The position numbers and the translations under genes were made by a program. Of a stretch of DNA of 64,000 nt, positions 22,701-35,666 are shown one piece after another; position 1 is the first letter of the stretch; the number at the start of each line of letters is the position of its first letter. The notes under the pieces are model-generated. The model was given only the letters and a program-made list of their open reading frames with translations. It was not told the origin of the DNA and made no database searches. Source of the DNA: Mytilus californianus (lineage: Eukaryota); contig NW_026262604.1 of NCBI RefSeq assembly GCF_021869535.1, positions 46,004,001-46,068,000 on the forward strand. The letters run 5' to 3'.

Positions 22701-22919
22701 CTTAACAACAATAGTAGAGACAAAAACATAGAGTAATAACTAATGTTTAGTATACCTTATCAAATAGTTAGGTAGACAATTCCGACAAACTTGAGCGCAC
22801 TGTTATATGTTACCCAATTTGTACGTTGATGTTTTGTGAGAATGTTATCAGTGACAAATATTTGCATGTTTCCAAGTCTTCAGAATAAGGAAACCAACCC
22901 AAATAAGTTCAATTTTGAA

Positions 22920-23300
22920 ATCACAAACATGCTTAACCCTGCCAAATGTGCCCGTCCCAAACCTTGAGCATGAAATCCACTTGTTGTCATTAGTTAGTCT
23001 CTAAAATGTTTTCATGTACTTTTTTCGTATAAATCGGCCATTGGTTGTTTTCTACTGTTTTACATTTTGTCGTCCCATCGACTTTGGATTCACAAACATG
23101 GTTTACCACGCCAAAGATGTCGTCCCAAACCATAAAGATGTCGTCCCAAACCATAAAGATGTCGTCCCAAACCCTGAGCATAAAATCCACTTGTTGTAAT
23201 TATTAAATGTCTGCAAAATATTTAAAATACTGTTTTCGTATAGATCGGCTATCATTTTTTTAACTTTTATACATTTTGTCGCCTTTTGTCATCTCAAAGC
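22920..23300. repeat. ~170-200-bp spacer tandem units (paralogous blocks at ~46490-46860 and ~52130-52700) with an internal 21-bp x3 repeat at 23113-23173
   Basis: CAAACATGTTTAACCCCGCCAAATGTGCCC... recurs 2, 2 and 3 times in the three spacers. AAAGATGTCGTCCCAAACCAT x3 occurs only here. Confidence 0.75.
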
Positions 23301-25149
23301 CTTTTATAACTTACAATACGGAAGAGTATTGTTCATTTTTGAAGACCGTACGGATCTGTAGTTTTTCGTAACCTGGTCATGTGTTGTTTACTTGAAATTA
23401 GTCTATTTCGCAATTGTTACACATCTCCTTATTTTCACATTAATTATTATATACGCCTACATACGTGTCCGTCCACACATGTTTGATCGTTGTGCATGTT
23501 AATTCGTAATAGATGATAAGTTAACTTATTTTATTTTAATTGTTACCAGTTTTTCATCAAGAAATAAACCACATGCAGTCAACATTGTCAAGGTTAGGTG
23601 AAGTTATAATAATAAAGTCGTGATTTCATACCGGATTTGCGTTGTTGGAAGATAGGTCACGCTCAAAATAGCTTTAAAACTATTCTAAATATGCAATACA
23701 GATTGTTTTCGTGAATCAGTTTCTACCTTTAATGAAAATTTAAAGAAATGAATAACAACTGGAAACAAGGATGCCTTTCGATTTATTCAGTCTTTGATTA
23801 ATCAGTTATGATTCATTCGTATTAATAACATTGGAAGTTCAATCCGTTGATACGACTATTGATATGCTGCAATCTCAAAAACCATTCAAATAGTAATTTC
23901 GTCTCTGCTACGTCTCACCTGACTTATCTGATGATTTAAACGCTTTCAAAAATAATTTTAACGGCTCGATTGTTCATCATCAATGAAGAAATCGCTCGTC
24001 CATTCTCTAACTTTTACAGATTGACTCTCAGTATAACCCAAAACTACGTATTCGGGCTACTTGTGAATTTTTTGTACGAATTCTCTTCTGAAGAAAAAAC
24101 GATGATAATACAAAGTAAGATGGTAAGATATCGTATCGGCGGGTTTATCACTTTTCGTTTACTAAATGCGAGCATCCTTTTTTGTGCTTGTATTTGCGTT
24201 TTTTATTTTTTTTTTTATTATTACTTTTGAGTGTCGGTATAATAAAAGTAATTCCTTTTCTGTATAAATGTGTATGGTATGCTTTGTTATATTTGTTTTT
24301 GTTATTCCAGTATTCCGAGTATAAAAGACTTATTGATGCTATCTAAACAACTAGTTAAACATAACACAAGCTTATTACCTTGTTCAACGTATTGAATTTT
24401 GTAAGTGGTTGTATAAAGCTATAACTTAATGGCTTTTAATTCTCTTCAGACATGTGAAGTAGAAGGCACCTGTTGATTCATGTCACGTTATTCACAATTT
24501 TTTAAATTTGGGACGAGTTAGTATTTTACGAAACATGAAACTGTTGATATATTGAAATATTATTAAGTGAACATTCATTAATGATCAAGCAACCTTAACA
24601 GACTAGTGTCTGTACGAAACATGTACTTGAATGGTTTTACCATGTTTATAGAAACTTGTGTTGTGTTAAAGGCCACATGTTTGACCTATAGATATCTTCC
24701 TCCGGTTTTAATGTCGATGGATGTTAACTTATCTTAACAGATACACAACAATAAGAAAACATAAAACAATACCAAAAAAACTTAAGGCCAAAGCAATTTG
24801 AAAACAAAACTGTACAAATGTGATTTGCATAATACGTCATGAGACAAGGATAACTGTATTCTACTTATTAGCGGACAATTTAGTAATAAGTTTGTGCATT
24901 TTTTCATTCTTGCCATATAAGTTAATAATATACATTACGGTGACTTGCTTCTACGTTCATTGTCCAATGCCTTAGTTGATTTTCGCCCCTTCTTTTTATT
25001 AAGATCACGCAACTTTCAACAACAGACGTACAACATAATGTGAATCTAAGCTATGAAGTCACAGGTCACTGATTGTAGACATATAGTTTTGAGGAGGACG
25101 TTAATTATTTCATGGCTTACAAGTGTTATATATATTCTTACAAACAAAC

Positions 25150-25190
25150 ATGTGTCAAGGCTGACAAGTCCAGTATATATACAGATGCAT
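25150..25190 (+). promoter_or_regulatory. Putative core promoter of serpin B: TGTCA-N4-TGACA palindrome plus TATA-like box
   Basis: TGTCAAGGCTGACAAGTCCAGTATATATA lies ~60-85 bp upstream of the ATG and is conserved upstream of all six copies. Confidence 0.55.
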
Positions 25191-25238
25191 CTTAAAATAG
25201 TTTACTCCGATCATATTTGCTTTGTTGTAAGCTCTTAA

Positions 25239-26399
25239 ATGGCTTCTCAGGTTAATGGATCGAATGTGGTCTTCGAAGAAGGGATTGCTAATTTTTCCAA
25301 CTCCTTGTATAGCAATCTAGACAGAACTGGAAATGAATTCATTTCGCCATACAGTATCACGTCAGCATTGTTACTCCTTATGCTTGGAACTAGCAAAACA
25401 ACTAAAAACCAGATGAAGTCGGTAATATTCGAATATGAAGAACCAAATGATATCAACCAGGGATATAAACTTCTAAATGATGAACTCTTAACGAGAACAA
25501 CATCGGGAGTTACATTATCTATTGCAAACAGGTTATACGGCAGTAAACGTCTAAATGTTTTGAACACTTTTTCTACGAAAGCGTCTACATACTATGGTAG
25601 TGCTATTGAACTTTTGGATTTTGTGTCGCAGGCGGAAAAATCACGACTGACAATAAATGATTGGATTTCAAACAATACAAACAACCGAATTAAAAATATG
25701 ATTCCAAAAGGTGTTCTTAATGCAAATACTTTATTTGTAGTAGTAAACGCTATATATTTTAAAGGTATGTGGAAAACAGAGTTCAACAGGAATAACACTA
25801 CACAAAGGAACTTTTTCGTGAGAGCGAATGATCAAAAGCTGGTTAATATGATGTACGGTGAGTTTGATGCAATGTCTGGTGAAGATCTTTCACTTGACTG
25901 TAAGGTTTTGCAACTACCGTATAAAGGAAACAAGATCTCTATGATCTTTGTTTTGCCAAATTCTGGTGATGGACTCTCGGAACTAGAAAATAAACTTTCC
26001 GTGGATAATTTCAAGACACTTGTAAGCGGTCTGAAGACACAGAAGACAATAATAAGAATTCCCAAATTTACAATGACAAGCGAGTACGATTTAAAGCCAA
26101 TTTGTACGGCGTTAGGTTTTACGGAAATCTTTGACGAAAAAATTGCAGACTTTAGTGAAATATTCCTAGCTAATGAAACACGCGTGCGCGTGACTGATGC
26201 ACGTCATAAAGCTTACATTGAAGTGAACGAAGAGGGAAGCGAAGCAGCAGCTGCTACTACAATTACTATTGGAGTGACTTCAATACAGGATCCTAAACCC
26301 CAGCCATTTGAGTTTGTTGCTGATCATCCCTTCCTGTTTGTGATTCAAGATGACGAAACAGGAATACCGCTGTTCATTGGAAGATATGCCAGGCCATAG
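25239..26399 (+). CDS. Intact intronless serpin B (386 aa, intracellular/leukocyte-elastase-inhibitor-like)
   Basis: Motifs ISPYSITSAL, NAIYFKG.W, LPY.G, IPKF, hinge EVNEEGSEAAAAT and signature [13 protein letters not shown]. No signal peptide. RCL TITIGVT-SIQD. Confidence 0.95.
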   Translation: MASQVNGSNVVFEEGIANFSNSLYSNLDRTGNEFISPYSITSALLLLMLGTSKTTKNQMKSVIFEYEEPNDINQGYKLLNDELLTRTTSGVTLSIANRLYGSKRLNVLNTFSTKASTYYGSAIELLDFVSQAEKSRLTINDWISNNTNNRIKNMIPKGVLNANTLFVVVNAIYFKGMWKTEFNRNNTTQRNFFVRANDQKLVNMMYGEFDAMSGEDLSLDCKVLQLPYKGNKISMIFVLPNSGDGLSELENKLSVDNFKTLVSGLKTQKTIIRIPKFTMTSEYDLKPICTALGFTEIFDEKIADFSEIFLANETRVRVTDARHKAYIEVNEEGSEAAAATTITIGVTSIQDPKPQPFEFVADHPFLFVIQDDETGIPLFIGRYARP

Positions 26400-26630
26400 T
26401 TTAACAGTAACATGTATTTGACATTGATTTTGAACAAAAATAGTATAAAATATGTACCAGAAATATTGGTTATTTTTATTTTTACATTTATAAAATTGAA
26501 CAGTTATTGACATGCATAAATAATTTCCTGCTCAGATAGAAAAATAAACGCTATACATTTAGATCTGCTTTACCTGACATGTTGTTTAATTTGTTTTGTT
26601 TCTTATGATGTTTGTTTGCTTTATCTGTCC

Positions 26631-26808
26631 TGAACAAAAATGAAGCAAAGCAACAGCTCCTACTACGATAACTGTTGGAAGGATTACCTCAGTACGGGAA
26701 CCTAAGCCCCAGCCATTCCAGTTTTTGGCAGATCATCCTTTCCTGTTTGTGATTCAGGACGACGAAACAAGAACACCGCTGTTTATTGGAAGACATGCCA
26801 GGCCATAG
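26631..26808 (+). pseudogene. Orphan serpin RCL/C-terminal remnant B'
   Basis: Translates as ..[52 protein letters not shown]. It starts abruptly at the degenerate VNEEGS codons, with no upstream serpin body. Confidence 0.9.
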
Positions 26809-29800
26809 TGTCACAGTAACATATGTTTGACTTTTATTTTGTACAAAACTAGTAAATAATATGTACCTGAAATACTGATAATTCTTATCTTTACTTTGAT
26901 ACAATTAAACATTTAATATCATGCATTATTAGTTTGCTGCTTAAAGATAAGAAAAATAAAATAAAACGCACTCAGCTCGTTAATAAAAACTTCGATTTTA
27001 TGTTCCGATCGTAATAAAAACAAAACTTACTATTTTTTAATCAATTGAATGACTTCACGCAAGTTTGTTTAGGGGATATATGAATATATGTCTTAATATG
27101 CATATCGTATACAGCTATCTGCCTTGATGCACACAACGTGTAGATATTTTTGCAGGACTAACTTTGTTTATTATTTTCAACACTGATTGGATTTTTATAT
27201 AAGGTTTTACCTGTAGATAAACACATGTTATACATGTTATAGGTAAGTTGTAGCATGCGTCACCTTTGCAAGCTTAAATAAGAAATAAGTGATGTACATT
27301 TATACTTGCTTTACCTCGCATTTTATTTGTTTTGTTTCTTATGATGTTTGATTGATTTCTCTGTGTTGTAGATAAGTAATATGAAAGAATAAATGTTCTG
27401 TTCCTATTCACAACTGAAGTACACTTTACACAATCTTTCCCGTAATCTTCAAAAGTTGTAGTTATTTTTCTGGGACTGTTTTAAAAGCTTTATGACTTTC
27501 TTGATAGAGGGTCATACATCAATTGGAGTCAGTTCTTCAACATGAAACTAGGTATTTTAATGTAATCCTCCTATACAAAACGATGACCATGCTTCCACAT
27601 CGTGAGACAATTTATTATTTTTTAATTGTAATGATTTATTAGCAGACAAGAAATATTTGACGAAATCTTCAATTACAAAAGACAGAAAATAGGCAGTGAC
27701 AACATGTAATAAGTGATAGGCAGATACAAATGAAAGGGGGGACGTAATGATCCATAAGGTTAAAAATAACGCAGAGAACAGCACAGTGAAATATTTATTT
27801 GTTTACGATTTTATGCCACAATTTTTCTTTTTTTTTATGAAAATTGGGGTTACGCTCTTTACGTCCCAACCTCTTGATTCTACCAAGAGTGGTTTAGAAT
27901 TTTAATTTTCCAATCTATATCACCAGCGCATAATTACACAGAAATTACAAACACAACTAGCACATCGGCTCTATGGTTACTGCATTTACATGAAATCAAT
28001 ACTATATAATACCACATACAACAACGTGTGCACACTTTTTGAGGAATAATGACAAGTGAAATATACGTGTTTATTTCCGTGTTTATTTCTTTATGTAGAG
28101 ATCTTGAACTTCTAGACCGGTCATGTGATTGAACTGTACGATTTCATAGGCTGTTTTTGGGGCAATAGATTTAAACGGAAAAATGGTAACAGTTCAGCGA
28201 AGACAGCTTATAGGATATTCTTGAATAAAGATAAATACAAGCTGTAAAAATTAGAGAATATCAATATAACAATACGATTTTTCAAAATTAGTTTTTTTAG
28301 CCAAATAGAAAGATACTTACACTTATTTACTCTCTTAACAACAATATAACACAGACAAAACAATGTGTGATAACTAAGGTTTGGTAAAACTATCAAATGG
28401 GTGGGTAGACAATTCCAACAAGCTTTAATGTACGAGCTTTTTGAAATGATTTGTTATCTAACATAGCTTTTCATCACAATTTTGGGTATTTTGCGAAATC
28501 AATGATAGAAATTTCGAAGATAATTGATTGTTTGGTGAGAAAAGAAATTCTTGATTTGTAAGTTAAATGTTAAAAATATTAAGATAATTACAAGCACTTC
28601 AAAACAGTCTTCACGTAAACCGACTAAGAAAAAGATACTTCATAAGAGAGAACCAATGGTACATCTTCATTCAGATAAAGGGAAATTAAATATAAAGACA
28701 CCAATCAATTCTTGCTTGTGGATATTTCTCGAGGTCAGTATACAGTTTTAAACATTTGACATGTATATATACAAACGTGAGGCGGAAGATACAAAACGAT
28801 ATTCAAACTCATCAGTGGATTAAACCTGAAAAGACCACGGCAAGAAACATAAAAAAACGACAAAAAGACAAACAGCAGTATACAAAACACAACATAAAAA
28901 ACGAAATACTGAGCAACACGAACACCACAACAAATTGTTGGTGATCTCAGGTGCTCCGGAAGGGTAAGCAAATTCTGCTGCATGTATGTCAAACTTATAA
29001 TCGGTCAGAGTATACACTAACAAATAAATAAAGATACTATCAAACATCTATCTGCGTTTGACATCAAATTTTTCAAAAAACCAAACACATTAGAATATTT
29101 ACGGAAGATATCAACTTGCCAGAGTCTTGATCATAAATTGCACATGCATATGTGGCGGATTTAAATTAGTTTTTGACTGAGTGGAATAGCATGGCGATTG
29201 ATGCATGCATAACAGCAATTGTTATGCCTTCTACTCATCTGGTCTTGCTCCTTCTGCAGTTCATGTGATTCCCTAAATTTATTTATTTATTTATTTATTT
29301 TCATTTGTCTCTTCTTGATTGATTTACGAGATTTTCCATCGATTAACTGCTGTCGTCTTAATTTAAATCCCAGTACCTTCCATGCATGTTCCATGTTCAA
29401 TGTAATATATCTTGACCATTTTATTCGTTTTTGTTTGTCTTTAATTTTACGACTCCAAAATATGTATTTGCTGGTTCTCCGCTTTGCATAATGCAATTAT
29501 TAGCAAAATCAAAAATTGGTTGATTTGGAGTCATAATCACATAAATGTTCTATGTGGTGTAACATGTCTTCAATGTCGACTGTCACGAAATGTAAAAACA
29601 CATCACAGTCTAGTTAAGAGTGTCGGTCCAAATGTCCACACAATATATAATAAGAAAGGAAACAATTGTGCTTTTCTTTTGATTCAGTTTTCGATCAGTC
29701 AATTAATAGGCATTTGTATTAATATTGGAAGTTTGATGTATTGATCTCCTTCAAACTCCAAAAAAATTCTTTCGGTCACTTCGACGCTTGACTTATGTGA

Positions 29801-31037
29801 TGATTTAAAAGCTTTCAAGATATTAAAACGGTTATATTATTTCTTATCATAAAAAAAAAATAACTTTTTTGTCTCTTTTATCAGTTTTAAGGATTTACGA
29901 AGGATATAGCTCAAGCTGCGTGTTACGGCTTTTAATGGCGTTGTTGTACGAAATCTATTATGAAGTAGAACCGGTGATGTTACATTATAAGATGATAAGA
30001 TATCCTATCAGCTGGTTTAACACTTTGCATTTACTAATACGAGCTTTCTTTGGTAAGGTATTTTGTGCTTGTATTTGTGTTTTAACATACCGTTGTAAAA
30101 GAGTAAATTTCAATTTCTGAACAAACTTTTATTATACGCTCTGTTATATATGTTTCTGGTATTCCAATGATCTAGCTTACATGAATTAGGATTAATCATT
30201 TGGCATATCCTTTAGTGAATATTCATTGATGAGACACCAACCAAACACAATAAAAGACACCTGTGGATCAATATATGGTCTTCAACAACAGACTAGTGTC
30301 TGCAATAATCGTGTATGTCAAACTCTTAACTGACAACCATTTCTAAAGACACTTGTCTTATGTTAAAGACCACATGTTGACATCTAGATGTCGTTCGCGG
30401 CTTTTTTGTCGATAGGTGTTGTTGTGTCATTGAATCTAGCCCACACACCACATTCATATAAAAAACTATAAAGATACAGGTCATAAAAGGAAACAAAAAC
30501 TCGATGAAATAGAATTAAAAACTGTACAAATGATATTGTTCCAAATTGCTATCAGGACAGGGATAGATGTATGCTACTTGATGTGCTGTTTGCATTTTTT
30601 GCTTATCAGGTAATGCATGTATATTTCAAAGACTTGCTTCTACGTTTATTTGAACTTATTTCATTGTTGAAATTCGTTCCTGCATTCCTTTAAATGGGAA
30701 CTGATAGCAGATTCTGGTTTTATTCATTTAGTCGTTTTTAAACTACTATGACATCATTTCTACAATTAATCGAGTAGAAATGTTTAACAAATGATGCTTT
30801 TTTTAAATGCATGCAACTGTCAGGAATAGTAAATCACAATATAAATACTACAACACATGTAACTGATTGAAGACATTGTTTTGGGAAGGACGTCAATTAA
30901 TTCATGGCTTACAAGTGTTAAATATATTCTAACAAACAAACAAGTGTCAAGGCTGACAAGTCCAGTATATATAAAGATGCATCTTAAAACAATTTACACA
31001 TATCATATTTGCTTTATTTCATTTTGTAAGCTCTTGA

Positions 31038-32269
31038 ATGGCTTCTAAGGTTAAACAATCGAATGTGATCTTCGAACAAGGGATAGCTAATTTTTCCAAC
31101 TCCCTGTATAGCAAACTAGACAGAACTGGAAATGAATTCATTTCGCCATACAGTATCACGTCAGCATTGTTACTCCTTATGCTTGGAACCGGGAAAACGA
31201 CCAAAACCCAGATGAAGTCGGTTATTTTCAAATATCAAGAACCAAATGATATCGACCAGGGATACAAACTTCTTAATGACGAACTCTTAATGAGAACAAC
31301 AACCGGAGTTACATTATCTATAGCAAACAGGTTATACGGCAGTAAGCATCTTAATCTTTCGAACACTTTTTCTACAAAGGCGACTACATATTATGGCAGT
31401 GGTATTGAATTCTTGGATTTTAAAACGGAGACGGAAAAGTCACGATTGACAATAAATGATTGGATTTCCACAAATACAAACAATCGAATTAGAAATATGA
31501 TTCCAAAAGGTGTGTTTAACGAAGATACTTTATTAGTAGTAGTAAACGCTATTTACTTTAAAGGTACGTGGAAAAAAGAGTTCAACAAGAAAGACACTTC
31601 ACAAAGAAACTTTTTCGTGAGAGTGAATGATTGAAAGCTAGTTCAAATGATGTATGGTGAATTTGATGCAAAATCTGGTGAAGACCTGACACTTGACTGC
31701 AAGGTTTTACAACTGCCATATCAGGGAAACAAGATCTCTATGATCTTTGTTTTACCAAATTCTGGTGATGGACTCTCAGAACTAGAAAGTAAACTTACCA
31801 CGGATAATTTCAAGAAACTTTTAAGCGGTTTGAAGACACAGAAGACAATGATACGAATTCCCAAAATTAAAATGACAAGCGAGTACGATTTGATACCAAT
31901 TTGTAAAGCGTTAGGTTTAACAGAAATCTTTGACGCAACAAATGCGGACTTTAGTGGAATATTCCAATCTAACGAAATACGCGTGTGCGTGACTGATGCA
32001 CGTCATAAAGCTTATATTGAAGTGAACGAAGAGGGAAGCGAAGCAGCAGCTGCTACTGCGATAACTGTTGGATTTAGAACAACATCAGTAAAGGATCCTA
32101 AGCCCCAGCCATTTCAGCTGCTACTACGATAACTGTTGGAAGGATTACTTCATTACAGGAACCTGAGCTCCGGCCATTCCAATTTGTTGCAGATCATCCT
32201 TTCCTGTTTGTGATTCAGGACGACGAAACAAGAACACCGTTGTTCATTGGAAGATATACCAGGCCATAG
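31038..32269 (+). pseudogene. Serpin pseudogene C with two RCLs in tandem (second RCL, C', at 32115-32269, out of frame)
   Basis: In-frame TGA at codon 199 (31632). RCL1 AITVGFR-TTSVKD is fused to ..[29 protein letters not shown]...GRYTRP* in another frame. Confidence 0.92.
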
Positions 32270-34211
32270 TTTAACAGTAACATGTGTTTGACTTTTATTT
32301 TGAACAAAAATAGTATATAATATGTACCAGAGATACTGGTTATTTTTATTTTTACATTGATACAATTGAACAGTTAATAGCATGCATAAGATATTTCCTG
32401 CTAATGAATGAGAAGAATAAAATATCTGGTTGATAAGAACATAGTTGGAACCATCGTAATAAGAACAACTTTCATTTAACAATCAGTGGACTGATTTCAG
32501 GCAAGTTGTTTAGAGGGTTTATGAGTATTTGTCTTAATACACCCATCGTATACACCTATCTGCCTTGATGCACACCATGAGTAGGTTTTTTTGCAAAACA
32601 ATCTGTTTTTATATTCAACAGTTGTTGGATTTTTGTGAAAAGTTCTACCCTTACATAACTAACTGCTATAAGCAAGTTTGTAACATGTGTCACCTTTTAA
32701 GTAAAAGATAAGCGCTGTACATTTAGGTATGCTTTTCTCTGCTTGTTATTTTATTTGTTTTGTTTCTTATAATGTTTGTTTGTTTTATTCGTCTTGTATA
32801 TATGTAATATAAAAGAATAAATTGTTAGTTTATTATTCAAAACTAAAGTACATTTTACACAATCTTTCTCGTGACCTTCAAAAGTTGTGGTCATGTTTTG
32901 CTTGGAATTGTTTTAAAAGCTTTATTCCTTTCTTGATAGAAGGTCATACATCGATTGTAGCCTGTTCTACGACACCAAACTAGGTACTTGAATATAACCG
33001 TACGATACAAAACGATGACAGTGCTTCAACATCATGAAACAATCTAAGATTTGTTTTAACTGTAATGATTTATAAGCAAACGAAAAATATTTGACGAAAA
33101 CTTGAATTACAATAGATGGAATACATGCAGCGACAACATGTAATAAGGGACAGACAGATAAACAAGAGGAAAAACAACATTTGATGAAAAGGCGGACGTA
33201 ACATATTATAAGAGATAGGCAGATACACATACGTAAGAAAGGCTGTCTAATGAAAAGGTAATTAATGATCCAGAATGTTAAAAATAGCGCCGACAGCAGC
33301 ACAGTGTAATATTTTATTTTACAATTTTATATCACAATCTTGTTTGTTTTTGATGAAATAGTGGCGTACGCTCTTTTCGTCCATCCTCCTGATTCTACCA
33401 CTTGGTGGTTTTAGTTTTTTACCCTTCCCATCTATTAAAAGTAAAATAACAAAAGTACGACGTCTTGAATACCGAATGAGTTGGGAAATGTATATCCCAT
33501 ATGCAGGTGACGTTGGTATATTGTTGTTTATAATTTCAAAATTAAAATCGTCGCGTTTGTCATAGATTTTGGTACTTAGATGATCGCTTATTCGAGGTAT
33601 GAGTCTATATCACCAGCGCACAATTATACAGAACTAGCAGATCGACTCTATTACGACAAAATTTACATAAAAAATCAATACTATACAATACCACATACAA
33701 TAACGTGTGCAAACCATTACAGGATTAATGACAATAAATGTGTCCGTGTTCATTTTATTAGAGACAGGTCATTAATTTTTAGACCGGTCAACTGAATGAT
33801 CTGTACGATTTGAATGGCTGTTTTAGTGCAATAGATTTAAACGTAAAAGTGTATATTTTTGAATAATGAAAAATACAAGCTGTAAAAATCAAACAATATC
33901 AATCAATATAACAATACGATTTGTCAAAATTTGCGTGTTTTTTTTTTTTAGCCAAATAGAAATATATCTACACTCATTCACTTTATTAACAGAAATAACA
34001 CACAGAAACTATTATGTGATAACTAACATTTGGTAAACATTATCAAATGATTGGGTAGACAATTCCAATAAACTTGGATGTACGAGCGGTTTTGAAAATG
34101 ATTTATCTAACATAGCTTTTCATCATAATTTTAGGTATTGATGCAAATGCCATGATACAGTATGATAAATTTTTTTAAGTCCCTAAATCTATGATAGAAA
34201 TTTCGAAGATA

Positions 34212-34598
34212 AATAAAGGCAACAGTAGATACCGCTGTTCGAAACTCATAAATCGATAGAGATAAAAACAAATCCGGGTTACAAACTAAAACTGAGGGAA
34301 ACGCATCAAATATAAGAGGAGAACAACGACACAACAAAAACACAACATTAAAATGTAACACACACAGAAACGAACTATAATATAACAATGGCCATTTTCC
34401 TGACTAGGTACAGGACATTTTAAGAAAAAAAATGGTGGGTTGAATCTGGTTTTGTGGCATGCCAAACCTCCCGCTTTTATGGTAACGTCAAACACAACAC
34501 CAAAACGACAACATCACATGACAGGACCACAATACAAATAAATGGGAGAACATATAGGACAAAGAAACACACGAATAATAGCTAACAAAAGGTACTAA
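34212..34598 (+). repeat. Interspersed repeat insertion (AAATAAAGGCAACAGTAGATACCGCTGTTC...)
   Basis: It is absent from the paralogous spacer sites (~28520, ~61840). A degenerate relative lies at ~10065. Confidence 0.6.
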
Positions 34599-35364
34599 TT
34601 GTTTGGTGAGATAAAAAAAATGTTTTTGATGTCCAAGTAAATATTGAGAATATAAGGATATTTAAGTGCACTTTAAAACAGTCCATACGTAAACCAACAG
34701 AAAAAGAAACTTCATAAAAGAAATCAATATTACATTCTAATATGACGTGCTTCTTTCGCTTTGTAAACAACACCGTGATAAAATTCTCGATGTATCTATA
34801 CTTAGCAAAGACTCCGAGATGTGCATATTGGTGGCTGCTACTATTTACCTCCCACGTAAATCCACATGTATCGTAACCTATGTGCAAACACTATGTCGAT
34901 TTCGTTGTGTTCAAATTGAAATTGAAAAAGAAACTACAGAACCGTTATTCCTATTATAATGCATAACAAAAATAATTAATTCACAAGAGCTTAAAAAATG
35001 TATAAAATCAAAATAAAATAAAATTCCGCCAAATTTCATAAATAATCTTGGCGCATTAACGTCATGTCATAACATGACGTCATACGAATGAAAACTCTCA
35101 AGCTGATGGTTTTCCGTTACGTATACGCCCTGAATTCGGATAATATTGCATTAAAATGGAGTTTTGAGGTAAGTGTTGTTTCATTGTCTATTCCATTGTA
35201 TTATTTGCACATTTGTGGATTTTAGCAAGTCAACATGGCGGCTCACTCTTTAGTAACGACATGTCAACTCTGGATTTGACAGTAAATAGTAGCCAACGAA
35301 AAAAAAAAAATGTTTGGGTTAAGGATTATGAGAATTGAACACATTTTTTCTAGTGCTTATTTAA

Positions 35365-35666
35365 GAAATAATTCATGTAAGACTTAGATTTATTTGAAAT
35401 TTGTAGCTTTTATCTTACAGGGGGCAAAATAGAACAGCCATACACTTGGCAAGCTTACCTTCGCTTCAGTTTTTAAATAACCGTATTTGTCCTATTAGAA
35501 TCGAAATAATTCATGGAAGCCATAGATTTGTTGGACATTTACACGTGGCCTGGGTCGTGATATTCGTTAATTTTATCCCTCGCTAACGCTCAGAATAAAA
35601 TTCGAATATCACGGCCCAGGCCATATGTAAATGTCCAACAAATCTATGGCTTCCATGAATTATTTC
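35365..35666. mobile_element. TTAA-flanked hairpin MITE (Kolobok/piggyBac-like target) within a ~0.9-kb insertion
   Basis: TTAA|GAAATAATTCATG...CATGAATTATTTC|TTAA, with a near-perfect ~65-bp hairpin at 35503-35666 around CCTCGCTAACGCTC. Confidence 0.65.

Noticed and set aside
25247-26065. Antisense ORFs recurring opposite each serpin (e.g. 25247-, 48983-, 59016-)
   Set aside because: These are shadow frames of the conserved sense CDS, with no independent features.
26400-26808. Insect-style mutually exclusive RCL exon splicing from B into B'
   Set aside because: I found no convincing phase-compatible GT donor in the hinge of B, and the candidate acceptor CAACAG lacks an adjacent pyrimidine tract. 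It is not excluded without RNA data.
31632-31634. Selenocysteine or stop read-through rescuing serpins A, C and E (in-frame TGA)
   Set aside because: The TGAs are at different codons (135, 199, 150), and each copy has additional frameshifts or stops.
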